From an uncultured Acetatifactor sp. (GTDB lineage: Bacteria > Bacillota > Clostridia > Lachnospirales > Lachnospiraceae), in contig CAYOGM010000001.1 in NCBI GenBank assembly GCA_964403595.1, forward strand, positions 11,676-75,675: a DNA stretch of 64,000 nt. Reading direction: 5' to 3'. Every line of letters begins with the position of its first letter. Positions within the stretch are counted from its first letter, which is position 1. Shown one piece after another: positions 20,166-30,142 of this stretch. Both the position numbers and the translations under genes were made by a program. The notes below the pieces were generated by a model that saw only the letters and a list, made by a program, of their open reading frames with translations, had not been told where the DNA came from and did no database searches.

Positions 20166-20186
20166 TTCGTTCTTTTCTCCTTCGAG

Positions 20187-21083
20187 CTAAAAATTTCCAT
20201 CCTCAATAGCTCCTACAACGCCTTTTCTAAAATCTTTCCATGCCATAATTAAAACTTTTAACTGAAATTTACCACTACATATTCCCTTTAATGTATAATA
20301 GAATCGAGTCAAATACCCCAAAAAAGGATGTTTACAATATCTTTTAACCATATAGCAATTATTCCGAAACATATAGTATTGTTGTATTTTACTATGTAAT
20401 CCGGTAGAAGCACTTACTTTATGCCAAATATGCGCATCGCTCGTATATATTATTCTATAGCCACTGGCTGATACCCTACAACAATAATCTGTATCTTCGG
20501 AGTATAGAAAATAACTTTCATCAAGATATCCAACTTTATCAAAAACATCTTTGGAAATTAACATAACACAACCAGTCGCAAAAGTAATATCCTTTGTTAT
20601 ACTTACCTTATCAGAATCTTCTTTTCCATACCTAGAATGAATTATCCGTGCTGTATTATAATTAAACTCACCTCCAGCAAACCATATTTTATTAGGATAA
20701 TCGTAATAGTATATTTTACCTGCCACTATTCCTACATTAGAATTATTTTTATAAACTTCAACTAATTTATTGATAGTGTCAGTAGCTATTACCGTATCAT
20801 TATTCAACAATAAATAGTAATCCGGGTTGTATTTTTCTTTTGCATATTCTATCCCTATATTATTCCCACCAGAAAATCCAACATTTTCTTTTGCAAGAAT
20901 AATATCCGTATTTTGTTGTAGCCATATATCATCTTGTAACTGTTTCGCATCACTGGACCCATTATCGACTAAAATCATCTTGTAGTTTCTATAGTTAGAT
21001 TTTTGTATACTCTGAACACATTCAATTGTATCCTTATATCCATTATAATTTACAAGAATTATGCATACTAATTCTTCTGCCAT
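20187..21083 (-). CDS. Glycosyltransferase family 2
   Basis: ILVNYNG, VDNGS, NVGFSGGNN, LLNND, FLYSEDTD, WHKVSAS. Confidence 0.9.
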   Translation of the reverse strand: MAEELVCIILVNYNGYKDTIECVQSIQKSNYRNYKMILVDNGSSDAKQLQDDIWLQQNTDIILAKENVGFSGGNNIGIEYAKEKYNPDYYLLLNNDTVIATDTINKLVEVYKNNSNVGIVAGKIYYYDYPNKIWFAGGEFNYNTARIIHSRYGKEDSDKVSITKDITFATGCVMLISKDVFDKVGYLDESYFLYSEDTDYCCRVSASGYRIIYTSDAHIWHKVSASTGLHSKIQQYYMFRNNCYMVKRYCKHPFLGYLTRFYYTLKGICSGKFQLKVLIMAWKDFRKGVVGAIEDGNF

Positions 21084-21148
21084 TTATGACCTCCATATCA
21101 GTTAGCATCATCATTTTATACATTTCAAAAATTGCACATTTACAAAAC

Positions 21149-22660
21149 TCACTTTGTTTTTTTTAACAATTTTTCTCCAATAAGCGATTTTACTGTCTCT
21201 CTCTCGCACAGAAAATTAAATCCACTGATTAATATGACATTTAACACGGCAATAAGAATCGCTCCAACAAACCATTCTTTCCAAGTTCCAATATGCATAG
21301 TAAAACGCATCTCTGCCACACATACCAAACATGAAAATAACATATTTCTGGTAATTCGATATATGGTGTTTTTTTTGGTCCCAGGAAGAACTTCTTTCCA
21401 TGCCGTTCCAATCATTCCCACATCCATAACTATATGTGAAATCAATGTTCCAATAAGTACACCCACAATTCCCATATTCTTTACCAGCAACAAAGAAAGA
21501 CCTAAATTAATGCTAGATTCCCAAATGGCATACTTCCTTGTTTTATCATACATGCCGCATCCGCCATTTACCAAAGTATCATGAGCTGATTTGATTTGGG
21601 CCAGTAAACCCACTGCACAAAACAGAACAGCTACATCCAATCTGACATAGTTCACATCCGTGACATTACCTACATAGCACTTAACAAAGGGAAGCACCAA
21701 GCTCATCACGCAACTATATATCACAAATAAGAAAATATCAAATACATACTCATATTGCTTAAACCGTTTTTCCAAGTTGGCCATATCACCTGTTGTGTAT
21801 AAATTACCAAAAGTTGCATTAATTCCTATATATAACACATTCACTACATTGTTGGCAAACAACCTCACCAGGCTGTATACATTATAAACACTGACTTCCT
21901 TAAGAGAATCACTCGGCAACATTAATGTCAACACAATTAAATCAGTATTGTAAGTAATCACCCTACAAATCTCATGTACTAAAGAACTCGTTTGCTGTGA
22001 GAAACATACTTTCCCCATGGTGGAAAAAGATATATTTTTATATTTAGCCAATGTATACAATCTAATGAAAACCGCTTCTCCTAAATGAGTAACCACCGCT
22101 AGGCCTTTAATTACAATCAATGATACTCCCAAATTCAAAAGAAATACACTTCCCACAGTCAGTATCAATGTTGCAATTGTTTTGGCAATATTAATAATAT
22201 AAAATCTTTGATCTGCGGTAAGCAGCACTTTATACTTTCCAATAAGGAAATAGTCAATCATACCTGTCATCGCAAGAATGATTGTCATAAAAAATGCAAA
22301 TGAATAATCAACTTGATCACTTATTGTAACCGGATAAATCAGTGCAAGCGCGCATGTCAACACAGTATACATTAAACCGGTTTTCCTGTATTTCCGAGCC
22401 GCTTCAGACAGAACATCGTTTATCGCATCGACATCATTACGAGAAAGCGGTGCATACAATGCCACCAACGCTGCATTTCCCACTCCGGCTTCTACAAGCC
22501 CTGCATACATGAGGAACTGGCCGATTGAACCAACCATTCCATTCAATGTCGAACCATATGCCTCAATAATAAATCGTGGCAAAATAAGTCCTGAAATTGC
22601 ACAAATTGTCTGCACAATAGCATTAGATAAAATATTTTTATATACGCGACTTAATTTCAT
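21149..22660 (-). CDS. Polysaccharide flippase (Wzx/MATE-like)
   Basis: About 12-14 TM segments, LVEAGVG and YNTDLIV motifs, glycan-locus context. Confidence 0.8.
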   Translation of the reverse strand: MKLSRVYKNILSNAIVQTICAISGLILPRFIIEAYGSTLNGMVGSIGQFLMYAGLVEAGVGNAALVALYAPLSRNDVDAINDVLSEAARKYRKTGLMYTVLTCALALIYPVTISDQVDYSFAFFMTIILAMTGMIDYFLIGKYKVLLTADQRFYIINIAKTIATLILTVGSVFLLNLGVSLIVIKGLAVVTHLGEAVFIRLYTLAKYKNISFSTMGKVCFSQQTSSLVHEICRVITYNTDLIVLTLMLPSDSLKEVSVYNVYSLVRLFANNVVNVLYIGINATFGNLYTTGDMANLEKRFKQYEYVFDIFLFVIYSCVMSLVLPFVKCYVGNVTDVNYVRLDVAVLFCAVGLLAQIKSAHDTLVNGGCGMYDKTRKYAIWESSINLGLSLLLVKNMGIVGVLIGTLISHIVMDVGMIGTAWKEVLPGTKKNTIYRITRNMLFSCLVCVAEMRFTMHIGTWKEWFVGAILIAVLNVILISGFNFLCERETVKSLIGEKLLKKTK

Positions 22661-22704
22661 AAATCCGTTACACCTATCTCAAAATTAGAATATACAAATT
22701 CTTC

Positions 22705-23709
22705 CTAGACTGCTTTTCTCAGTTCTATATGAAAAATCTTCTTTGCACAAAAAAATACACGCACTAAACAAAATAAAAATCTGGGAGATAACCCTCCCAG
22801 CAAACCAAGAACTCTGTTTGACAACTTAGATTCTTGATCTCTAAACACCTCAATACCATGTATTTTTATATACACCTTAAGTTCCTTTTTAAATTGTTCT
22901 GCATTTCTAATCCTATGGATTCTGTTATGAGTATTAATTGCAGCAATATAATTCTTTACTATCAACGCCTTTTCCAATGCCGGATAATTTTTCCTTACAT
23001 CATCTGCTATTTGGTCAGTATATACATTCCATGAATGAATCATTTGCGGAAAATTGACATTATGATCCACACTCCCAGGGTTTTGGTAATAAATATATGA
23101 AATATGCTCCCCATACACAACTTTTGAGCACCGTTTTAACATCTCATATACAAAAACAAAATCTTCCCCATAGAGCATGTCCTCCGGAAAAATACCCGAT
23201 TGAACAATTTCCCTTCTCCAAAGTTTCAAATATGGGTACCCGGTAATACCTTTTCTGTAAAACAAATTCTTTATTGCATCCTCTTGGTTAAATGAATATA
23301 TCTTTCCATCTTGAAAGTCCTGTGGCATAGTCTCTTCAGGATTCATTTTGTAACACGAACACATCGAAACATCTGCATCGCAATCTGTCAACAAACGATA
23401 CATATACTCAATATAATCCTCAAAAACAATATCATCCGCATCCACAAACGTAATATATTCTCCTTGCGCTTTTCGCAATCCATAATTTCGTGCAGAAGCT
23501 GCACCACCATTTTCCTTAGTGTAAAACTTTATCTTATCAGACATCTGTGCAAGCCGACCACAAAACATACCTGTACTATCCGTTGAGCCATCATTCACAA
23601 TGACAATTTCAATATTCTGATAAGATTGCTTCAGTAATGCTTGAACACAGCGCTCTAAATATTTTTCTGCATTATATGCCGGTACAATTATGCTAATCAA
23701 GGAATCCAT
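22705..23709 (-). CDS. Glycosyltransferase family 2
   Basis: SIIVPAYNAEKY, NDGSTD, NGGAASARN, FVDADD, GED. Start taken at ATG 23709. Confidence 0.92.
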   Translation of the reverse strand: MDSLISIIVPAYNAEKYLERCVQALLKQSYQNIEIVIVNDGSTDSTGMFCGRLAQMSDKIKFYTKENGGAASARNYGLRKAQGEYITFVDADDIVFEDYIEYMYRLLTDCDADVSMCSCYKMNPEETMPQDFQDGKIYSFNQEDAIKNLFYRKGITGYPYLKLWRREIVQSGIFPEDMLYGEDFVFVYEMLKRCSKVVYGEHISYIYYQNPGSVDHNVNFPQMIHSWNVYTDQIADDVRKNYPALEKALIVKNYIAAINTHNRIHRIRNAEQFKKELKVYIKIHGIEVFRDQESKLSNRVLGLLGGLSPRFLFCLVRVFFCAKKIFHIELRKAV

Positions 23710-23769
23710 CCTAACTTTTCCTCTCTTCTCATTTATACAGTCAGCCCATCTATTCAATCATTCTACCAC

Positions 23770-25539
23770 TCAGTTCATCTGATATAAATTAAACACAGTC
23801 CCCTCCATAACAAGTTCACTCATTCCACTAACTTGTGCATCACCGTTGTTAGTATTATATCCAATAAAATATGCTCCCGTGGGAATATCTTCAACATCCT
23901 GCACATCTACAACTTCTAGCTGTGTCTCATTCAACAATACCTGCATTCTTGTATGAAATCCCTCATACTTGTAATTTGTTTTCACAAAATAAACACTATC
24001 TTGTTCATAATCTTGCGCCAAAAAATCTGCAATTCTATTATCTCCAAGCGCCGTTGTGTTAGATTGCAATATTGCTTCTATTCCAGCACTATTATTAGCC
24101 ATAAATAAAACAAACACCGGAATCAAAACCATAGGTCTTATATTTTTTCTTATTCCACAAACAAATACAAGAACCATTCCAAATCCACTATACAACATTA
24201 ATTTTTCAAGCACTCCTGCATAGTCTTGTATGTCCTGTGTTATAAAAGAAAATGCTGCAATCCTTCCTGTATCCAGCCGTATAGCAGAATTAGTTATATG
24301 ATTTGAAAGCAAAATACAACCCGCAGCCGAAAGCCCCCAAACTACTAACATTGCCAAAAAATCTTCTATCTTCATTCCTTTTTCCATAAAGTACTTAACC
24401 CCAATGAAAATAAGTGGACAAATCATAAATTCATAATATCTACCGTAATAGAAATATGCAACCAAATCCACTCTTCCAGCCCCTGAGGCCAATACCATCA
24501 AAATCATGAGTACAAAAGAAATGACAATCCCAATCTCAACCCAATTCGCTGAAGATAAACTATCTTTTTTGTTAATCATCTGTTTTATCCGTCGAACACC
24601 CTCAAACAAAGCTCCATATGCCAAGCCCAGACTTGCCACACCTATATAAAAGACTTTACATAATAAAGAATAAACATAAAGTACGAAGTCAGAAGAGAAA
24701 ATCCATCTCAACCTTGTCAATATCCAATCCAAATTAATGATATTTACTATTTCTTCCTCAGCAGTCGCTCCCACACTTCCAGTATATATCTCAGTCACAA
24801 TTACTTCTTTTAAAATATAGCCCGCTATTCCAAAAACAACAAGAGCACCCATACACAAAAGTACCATTCTAAAATCTACTGTTTTATCTTTGCCTACCAA
24901 CATCATAAAAAGCAATAGACTCATCGCCAAAACCAATGCCAAACCACGTGTATGAGTAAAAAAAACACATACTAATACCAGTCCCAAGATAACATATGTT
25001 TTCTTGTTCTTTTTCTCTATACACTCATAAAACAAGAACCATGCTAGCCATGTCAGCATAGTTAAAAAACATTCACAATTTACTTTCAATGTATTTGCTG
25101 TTATGTAGGGATATAAACACAACACAAACGCTACAAATGCTAACTTCCACTTTTCCACTGTTTGGCATAATTTACACATCAAACAAAAACTAATCACATA
25201 AGTAAAGATAACGCAAATTATATTGACTATGACAGCTCCCTGTATAAGCCCCACACCGCTTTTACAAATATAGAAAAGAGGAACAAGCAAAAGAGAATAT
25301 CCATACCCGTAATATGCAGTAATATGCTGTGGCCAATTATTCTTTGCAAGAAACTCAGCATTTGCCAAATATCCAAACTCATCCGGCAATTCCCAAACCG
25401 TTGTAATACTAGATACATATGAACCATAGTACACCGTCAAGAAAATAATACTAAGCGTACAAATTACCATCCAGATATTCTGTCGCTGAAATAAACTCTC
25501 TATTCCAATTTTAGTAGTCTTAGTATTCCTTGCCTTCAC
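23770..25539 (-). CDS. GT-C-like polytopic membrane protein
   Basis: LPDEFGY, YYGYGYS, YYGRY and multiple TMs; paralog of 30143-31999. Confidence 0.6.
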   Translation of the reverse strand: MKARNTKTTKIGIESLFQRQNIWMVICTLSIIFLTVYYGSYVSSITTVWELPDEFGYLANAEFLAKNNWPQHITAYYGYGYSLLLVPLFYICKSGVGLIQGAVIVNIICVIFTYVISFCLMCKLCQTVEKWKLAFVAFVLCLYPYITANTLKVNCECFLTMLTWLAWFLFYECIEKKNKKTYVILGLVLVCVFFTHTRGLALVLAMSLLLFMMLVGKDKTVDFRMVLLCMGALVVFGIAGYILKEVIVTEIYTGSVGATAEEEIVNIINLDWILTRLRWIFSSDFVLYVYSLLCKVFYIGVASLGLAYGALFEGVRRIKQMINKKDSLSSANWVEIGIVISFVLMILMVLASGAGRVDLVAYFYYGRYYEFMICPLIFIGVKYFMEKGMKIEDFLAMLVVWGLSAAGCILLSNHITNSAIRLDTGRIAAFSFITQDIQDYAGVLEKLMLYSGFGMVLVFVCGIRKNIRPMVLIPVFVLFMANNSAGIEAILQSNTTALGDNRIADFLAQDYEQDSVYFVKTNYKYEGFHTRMQVLLNETQLEVVDVQDVEDIPTGAYFIGYNTNNGDAQVSGMSELVMEGTVFNLYQMN

Positions 25540-25542
25540 GAT

Positions 25543-26658
25543 TTAGTCTACCACCTTTTCCAATATATTCTTAAACCGCTCAATCTGTCGGTCTGTTTCA
25601 TGATTTTTCAAGTATACATCTCTTACAGCCGGCTCAAACCCATGTATTACATTACTGGCATAAGCTCCTTTGATGGCTTCAATAAACTCCTGCACAGTGT
25701 TACAACGATAGATACCCTCTACATCCTGGACCTGATAGCCTTCCAATGCCTCATCCGTTGCAAAAATCGAGACACCATACATCATAGCCTCTGCAGTCTT
25801 CACCTTCATCCCAGCTCCATACTGAATAGGCATGACAATGGTTGAATAAGTATAATAATACTCTTCCAAATCGTCAACCGTTCCAACTACTGTGACATTG
25901 CCACGTTCCAATTCTTCTTTTTTGGTCTCAAAATCTTTACCTACAATTGTAAGATGAAACTCCGGCAACTCACACATTATCTCGTTAACAAACCATAATA
26001 TCCCATGATAGTTGGGAGGGAACATAGAACCAATGAATAAAAGTTCCTTCTGCAAACTATTTCTTTGAAGTTTTTGCTCATCAAACCGATCCTGAAAAGT
26101 AACCGGCAAATAATAATCCGAACTACGACCATAAAGCTGCGCCAGTCTCTCACCATCTCGTTGATTTAAACAAGCAATTGCCATAGCTTTTTTAATTGAT
26201 ATTTTTTCATTATAACGGGAGGTCCAATAGGAAGGCAGAAACCACCATCCCTCTTCTTTTACTTTATTCCATGCATAATCAGCTTCCACATTATGAAAGT
26301 ACACTACAGATTTTATATCGGATGGAATATACTTCAATAATCTTCCCAAAACCGATCCATCCAGGAAGACAACATCCGGTTTAACTTCCTTTATATAGGC
26401 TATAATCTTTTTCTCTTCTGCACCTGTGTACCATTTACGCAGACACAATGCCGCCTTCAATACTGACAAATTATCCTTTAATTTCCTAAAATAACGAACA
26501 TGGTCTCCTTCTGTCTGAGCATGGTCATCAAAACACAACAAAGCGGCATATGTTTCACCTACTGCTGAAACCAAATCATAATTTCTTCTGGACACCTGGA
26601 CTCCACCTGCATTTACTTTTCCAAAAATATCTTGATACCCTATAAACAGTACTTTCAT
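25543..26658 (-). CDS. Glycosyltransferase family 4
   Basis: HNVE, PIQYGAGMKVKTAEAMMYG. Confidence 0.85.
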   Translation of the reverse strand: MKVLFIGYQDIFGKVNAGGVQVSRRNYDLVSAVGETYAALLCFDDHAQTEGDHVRYFRKLKDNLSVLKAALCLRKWYTGAEEKKIIAYIKEVKPDVVFLDGSVLGRLLKYIPSDIKSVVYFHNVEADYAWNKVKEEGWWFLPSYWTSRYNEKISIKKAMAIACLNQRDGERLAQLYGRSSDYYLPVTFQDRFDEQKLQRNSLQKELLFIGSMFPPNYHGILWFVNEIMCELPEFHLTIVGKDFETKKEELERGNVTVVGTVDDLEEYYYTYSTIVMPIQYGAGMKVKTAEAMMYGVSIFATDEALEGYQVQDVEGIYRCNTVQEFIEAIKGAYASNVIHGFEPAVRDVYLKNHETDRQIERFKNILEKVVD

Positions 26659-26719
26659 CCTATATATCCTCCAAACTCCTCACTTGTATCGAAGCATAAT
26701 TATACACCGTAATATTTCT

Positions 26720-27880
26720 CTACAAATCCCTTAACTGCTGTTTATATCTTGCTGCTATATTGCGGTAATCATATTTCTCAGTACTTTCCTTAGCGCCACT
26801 CAAAAGCTTCTCTCTGATCTGTTCATTTTCAATCACGTTCAAAATAGCTTCTTTAAGCTGTTTCACATTCTTTTCTTCACATAACAGACCATTTACATTA
26901 TGCGATATAATTTCTTTGATACCGCTGGAATCACTTGCTACAATAGGCACTCCGGATGCCAGAGCCTCCATGATAGTTGTAGGAACGCCTTCCTGGTCTC
27001 CATCCTTCGCTGTTATGGACGGTGCCACAAATACATCCGCTGACGCATATATAGTTTTCAACTCATCGTGTGTCTTGGAACCTAAGAAAACTATTTTGTC
27101 TCCCTGTCCCTTTGCCTGCTGCATCAGCTCGTCCCTAAGAGGACCATTTCCTGCTATAACCAGCATAGCATCAATATCCTTCATGGCCTCTATCAGGTAA
27201 GTAACACCTTTCTTTTCAGCCAGTCTTCCCACAAAGAGAACAACCTTTTTGTCGCCCTGACCGAAGTAATTCTCCTTATAATACTGCCTGCCGAACTTGG
27301 TTGTATCCACACCCATGGAGATAACCTCTGGCTCACACTCTGGCACAAGGGCCTGAACCTTATTCTTCAAGTACTCCGAAACAACCGTTACTTTCTGTGC
27401 ATTTTTAAGGGTTCTGATCTTTAACTTTTTCAGAATACCCTTATTGAGAGATGTCACGTCTCCGCCGTGGCCGGTAACAATATATGGCTTCTTAAAAAAG
27501 GACTGAACGATTCCCTGGGGAATCATCCAATGCACATGAACCAAATCATAATCCGGCAAAATCTTCTTAAGCTTGACCCACATTGCCAGCAAGAGGCATG
27601 GCACCAGAAAAATACGGATTTTCTTCTCTTTGATTCGGGGAACAATTGCCCCCGGATAACAGAGTGTTTCCCATTTACGAATCGGGAAATAATGGTATCT
27701 GATTACCTTTACCCCTTCTAAGACCTCCGATTCCTTGGCACCAGGAGCCGCAGGTACAAGTACTGTCACATCATATTCATCTAACATATTCTTGGATAAA
27801 TCCAAGACAAATCTCGGCTCAGTATCACCCTCCCAACGTGGGAAGGTTGACCCGGTAACGAGAAGTTTTTTCTTTTCCAT
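26720..27880 (-). CDS. Glycosyltransferase family 4
   Basis: FVGRLAEKKG, EGVPTTIMEALASG (ExxxxxxxE). Confidence 0.92.
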   Translation of the reverse strand: MEKKKLLVTGSTFPRWEGDTEPRFVLDLSKNMLDEYDVTVLVPAAPGAKESEVLEGVKVIRYHYFPIRKWETLCYPGAIVPRIKEKKIRIFLVPCLLLAMWVKLKKILPDYDLVHVHWMIPQGIVQSFFKKPYIVTGHGGDVTSLNKGILKKLKIRTLKNAQKVTVVSEYLKNKVQALVPECEPEVISMGVDTTKFGRQYYKENYFGQGDKKVVLFVGRLAEKKGVTYLIEAMKDIDAMLVIAGNGPLRDELMQQAKGQGDKIVFLGSKTHDELKTIYASADVFVAPSITAKDGDQEGVPTTIMEALASGVPIVASDSSGIKEIISHNVNGLLCEEKNVKQLKEAILNVIENEQIREKLLSGAKESTEKYDYRNIAARYKQQLRDL

Positions 27881-27899
27881 TTCTCAATACTCCAATATT

Positions 27900-29150
27900 T
27901 TAATCCCTCTGAAAAATATCACGGGTATAAACCTTATCCTTCACATCATCCAGATAGGAATCATATCTGTTCGCAATAATTGCGTTACATCTGCTTTTGA
28001 ACTCCGCCAGGTCATTCACTACCACAGAGCCAAAGAAGGTACTGCCATTCTCCAGTGTGGGTTCGTAAATAATCACAGTAGCTCCCTTGGCCTTCACACG
28101 TTTCATAACACCCTGAATAGAGCTCTGACGGAAGTTATCACTGTTACTCTTCATAGTCAGTCGATAAACGCCGATTACACAGCATTTTTCATCCTTGGCA
28201 CTATAATCGCCTCTATTATAGTAATCATAGTACCCAGCCATTTTGAGCACCTGGTCTGCCACAAAATCCTTTCTGGTACGATTGGACTCCACAATAGCAG
28301 ACATCATATTCTGGGGCACATCCGCATAATTCGCCAGCAGCTGCTTGGTATCCTTGGGCAGACAATATCCGCCGTATCCAAAACTAGGATTGTTGTAGTG
28401 CGAACCAATTCTAGGGTCCAGACATACACCATCTATAATCTGTTGTGTATTAAGGTTCTTGCTGGCACAATAAGTATCCAGCTCATTAAAATAAGCTACT
28501 CGAAGTGCCAGATAGGTGTTAGCAAAAAGCTTCACTGCTTCGGCCTCGGTAAAGCCCATGAATAATGTATCAACATCTTCTTTAATAGCACCTTCCTGCA
28601 AAAGTGCAGCAAAGGTATGTGCAGCCTCTGTCAAACAATTGTCCTTCAAGTCTGTTCCCACAATAATACGGCTAGGATACAGATTGTCATACAAAGCTTT
28701 ACTTTCTCTCAAAAATTCTGGGCTAAAAATAATATTCTTGCTACCCATCTTCTCTCTAACAAAAACCGTATAACCTACCGGAATAGTTGATTTGATAACC
28801 ATAACAGCATTGGGATTATACTCCATAACCAGCCTGATAACTGTTTCCACTGCTGTTGTATCAAACTTCTGACTGGCAGAATCATAGTTAGTAGGTGCCG
28901 CTATCACGACAAAATCCGCATCACTGTACGCTGCCCTAGCATCCAGTGTTGCGGTAAGATTCAGTTCCTTCTCTGCCAGATATTTTTCAATATATTCATC
29001 CTGAATGGGAGATTTCCGATTATTAATCATCTCTACCTTCTCAGGCACAATGTCCACAGCTATAACCTGATGATGCTGTGCCAATAATGTGGCAATACTT
29101 AAACCTACATAACCTGTACCTGCCACTGCTATTTTATACTGCTTCTCCAT
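27900..29150 (-). CDS. ugd: UDP-glucose 6-dehydrogenase
   Basis: [41 protein letters not shown]. Confidence 0.93.
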   Translation of the reverse strand: MEKQYKIAVAGTGYVGLSIATLLAQHHQVIAVDIVPEKVEMINNRKSPIQDEYIEKYLAEKELNLTATLDARAAYSDADFVVIAAPTNYDSASQKFDTTAVETVIRLVMEYNPNAVMVIKSTIPVGYTVFVREKMGSKNIIFSPEFLRESKALYDNLYPSRIIVGTDLKDNCLTEAAHTFAALLQEGAIKEDVDTLFMGFTEAEAVKLFANTYLALRVAYFNELDTYCASKNLNTQQIIDGVCLDPRIGSHYNNPSFGYGGYCLPKDTKQLLANYADVPQNMMSAIVESNRTRKDFVADQVLKMAGYYDYYNRGDYSAKDEKCCVIGVYRLTMKSNSDNFRQSSIQGVMKRVKAKGATVIIYEPTLENGSTFFGSVVVNDLAEFKSRCNAIIANRYDSYLDDVKDKVYTRDIFQRD

Positions 29151-29159
29151 TTTTATATC

Positions 29160-30140
29160 CTACTTTTCTTCCTTTATGTCATCTACTTCGCTAAGCTTCA
29201 ACAAACTATTTTCTATGTTTTTGGTGCGAAACTGAATATCCTCCAACAACTTACGGTTTGCAGCAATAATATCACCCTGCAGACCAACAATTGCAGTCTG
29301 TACACCAATAATAATCATCATACTCGCCAAAATCAATGACTGGGTATGACCATTACCATCACCCATAGCCCAAAAATACAAAAATCTTCCACCAATAGCT
29401 GTTCCAATTAACGCAAAAATCACACCTATGGATACAAAGAACTTCATAGGCCTGTACATCATAAATGCCCTGATAATAGTCAGCATAGACTTCTTAATAT
29501 ACCCAAACATACTGCTAAACAATCTGGACTTTCTAAGCTCCGGATTGGTACGGATAGGCACTGACATAATAGCCATTCTATTTCTTCCTGCCTGTACGAT
29601 GGTCTCCAACGTGTAGGTATATTCATTAATAACATTCATACGCATTGCAGCTTCTCTGCTGAATGCTCTGAATCCACTGGGCGCATCTGGAATTTTCGTT
29701 TTAGAAGCCTTCTGCACCACCCAGCTACCCAAATGCTGTAATTTCTTCTTAAGTGGTGAAAAATGCTCTATATCGTCAATGGGTCTTTCACCAATGACAA
29801 TATCAGCCCTTCCCTCAAGAATCGGACGTACAATCGTCTCAATGTCCGCTCCACAATACTGATTATCTGCATCGGTATTTACAATAATATCTGCTCCCAG
29901 CTTTACACAGGCGTCAAGACCTGCCATAAAGCCCTTCGCAAGACCTTTGTTGCAGTTAAAATTCACTACATGATGAACGCCCCAATTCTTGGCAACCTCC
30001 ACCGTATTATCCTTACTTCCATCATTGATAATCAAATACTCTATAGTGTCAATACCATCAATATGTTTAGGCAGGTCATTTAGTGTAACCTCCAAGGTTC
30101 CTGCCTCATTATAACATGGTATCTGAATAATTAATTTCAT
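29160..30140 (-). CDS. GT2 polyprenol-phosphate glycosyltransferase (GtrB/DPM-synthase-like) with two C-terminal TMs
   Basis: QIPCYNEA, NDGSKD, TDADNQY, DAPSGFRA, C-terminal TM hairpin. Confidence 0.85.
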   Translation of the reverse strand: MKLIIQIPCYNEAGTLEVTLNDLPKHIDGIDTIEYLIINDGSKDNTVEVAKNWGVHHVVNFNCNKGLAKGFMAGLDACVKLGADIIVNTDADNQYCGADIETIVRPILEGRADIVIGERPIDDIEHFSPLKKKLQHLGSWVVQKASKTKIPDAPSGFRAFSREAAMRMNVINEYTYTLETIVQAGRNRMAIMSVPIRTNPELRKSRLFSSMFGYIKKSMLTIIRAFMMYRPMKFFVSIGVIFALIGTAIGGRFLYFWAMGDGNGHTQSLILASMMIIIGVQTAIVGLQGDIIAANRKLLEDIQFRTKNIENSLLKLSEVDDIKEEK

Positions 30141-30142
30141 GA

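Noticed and set aside
27735..28565. 276-aa plus-strand ORF opposite ugd (also 57374-58300 and 60970-61716)
   Set aside because: These are antisense shadows of well-conserved genes with no independent coding evidence.
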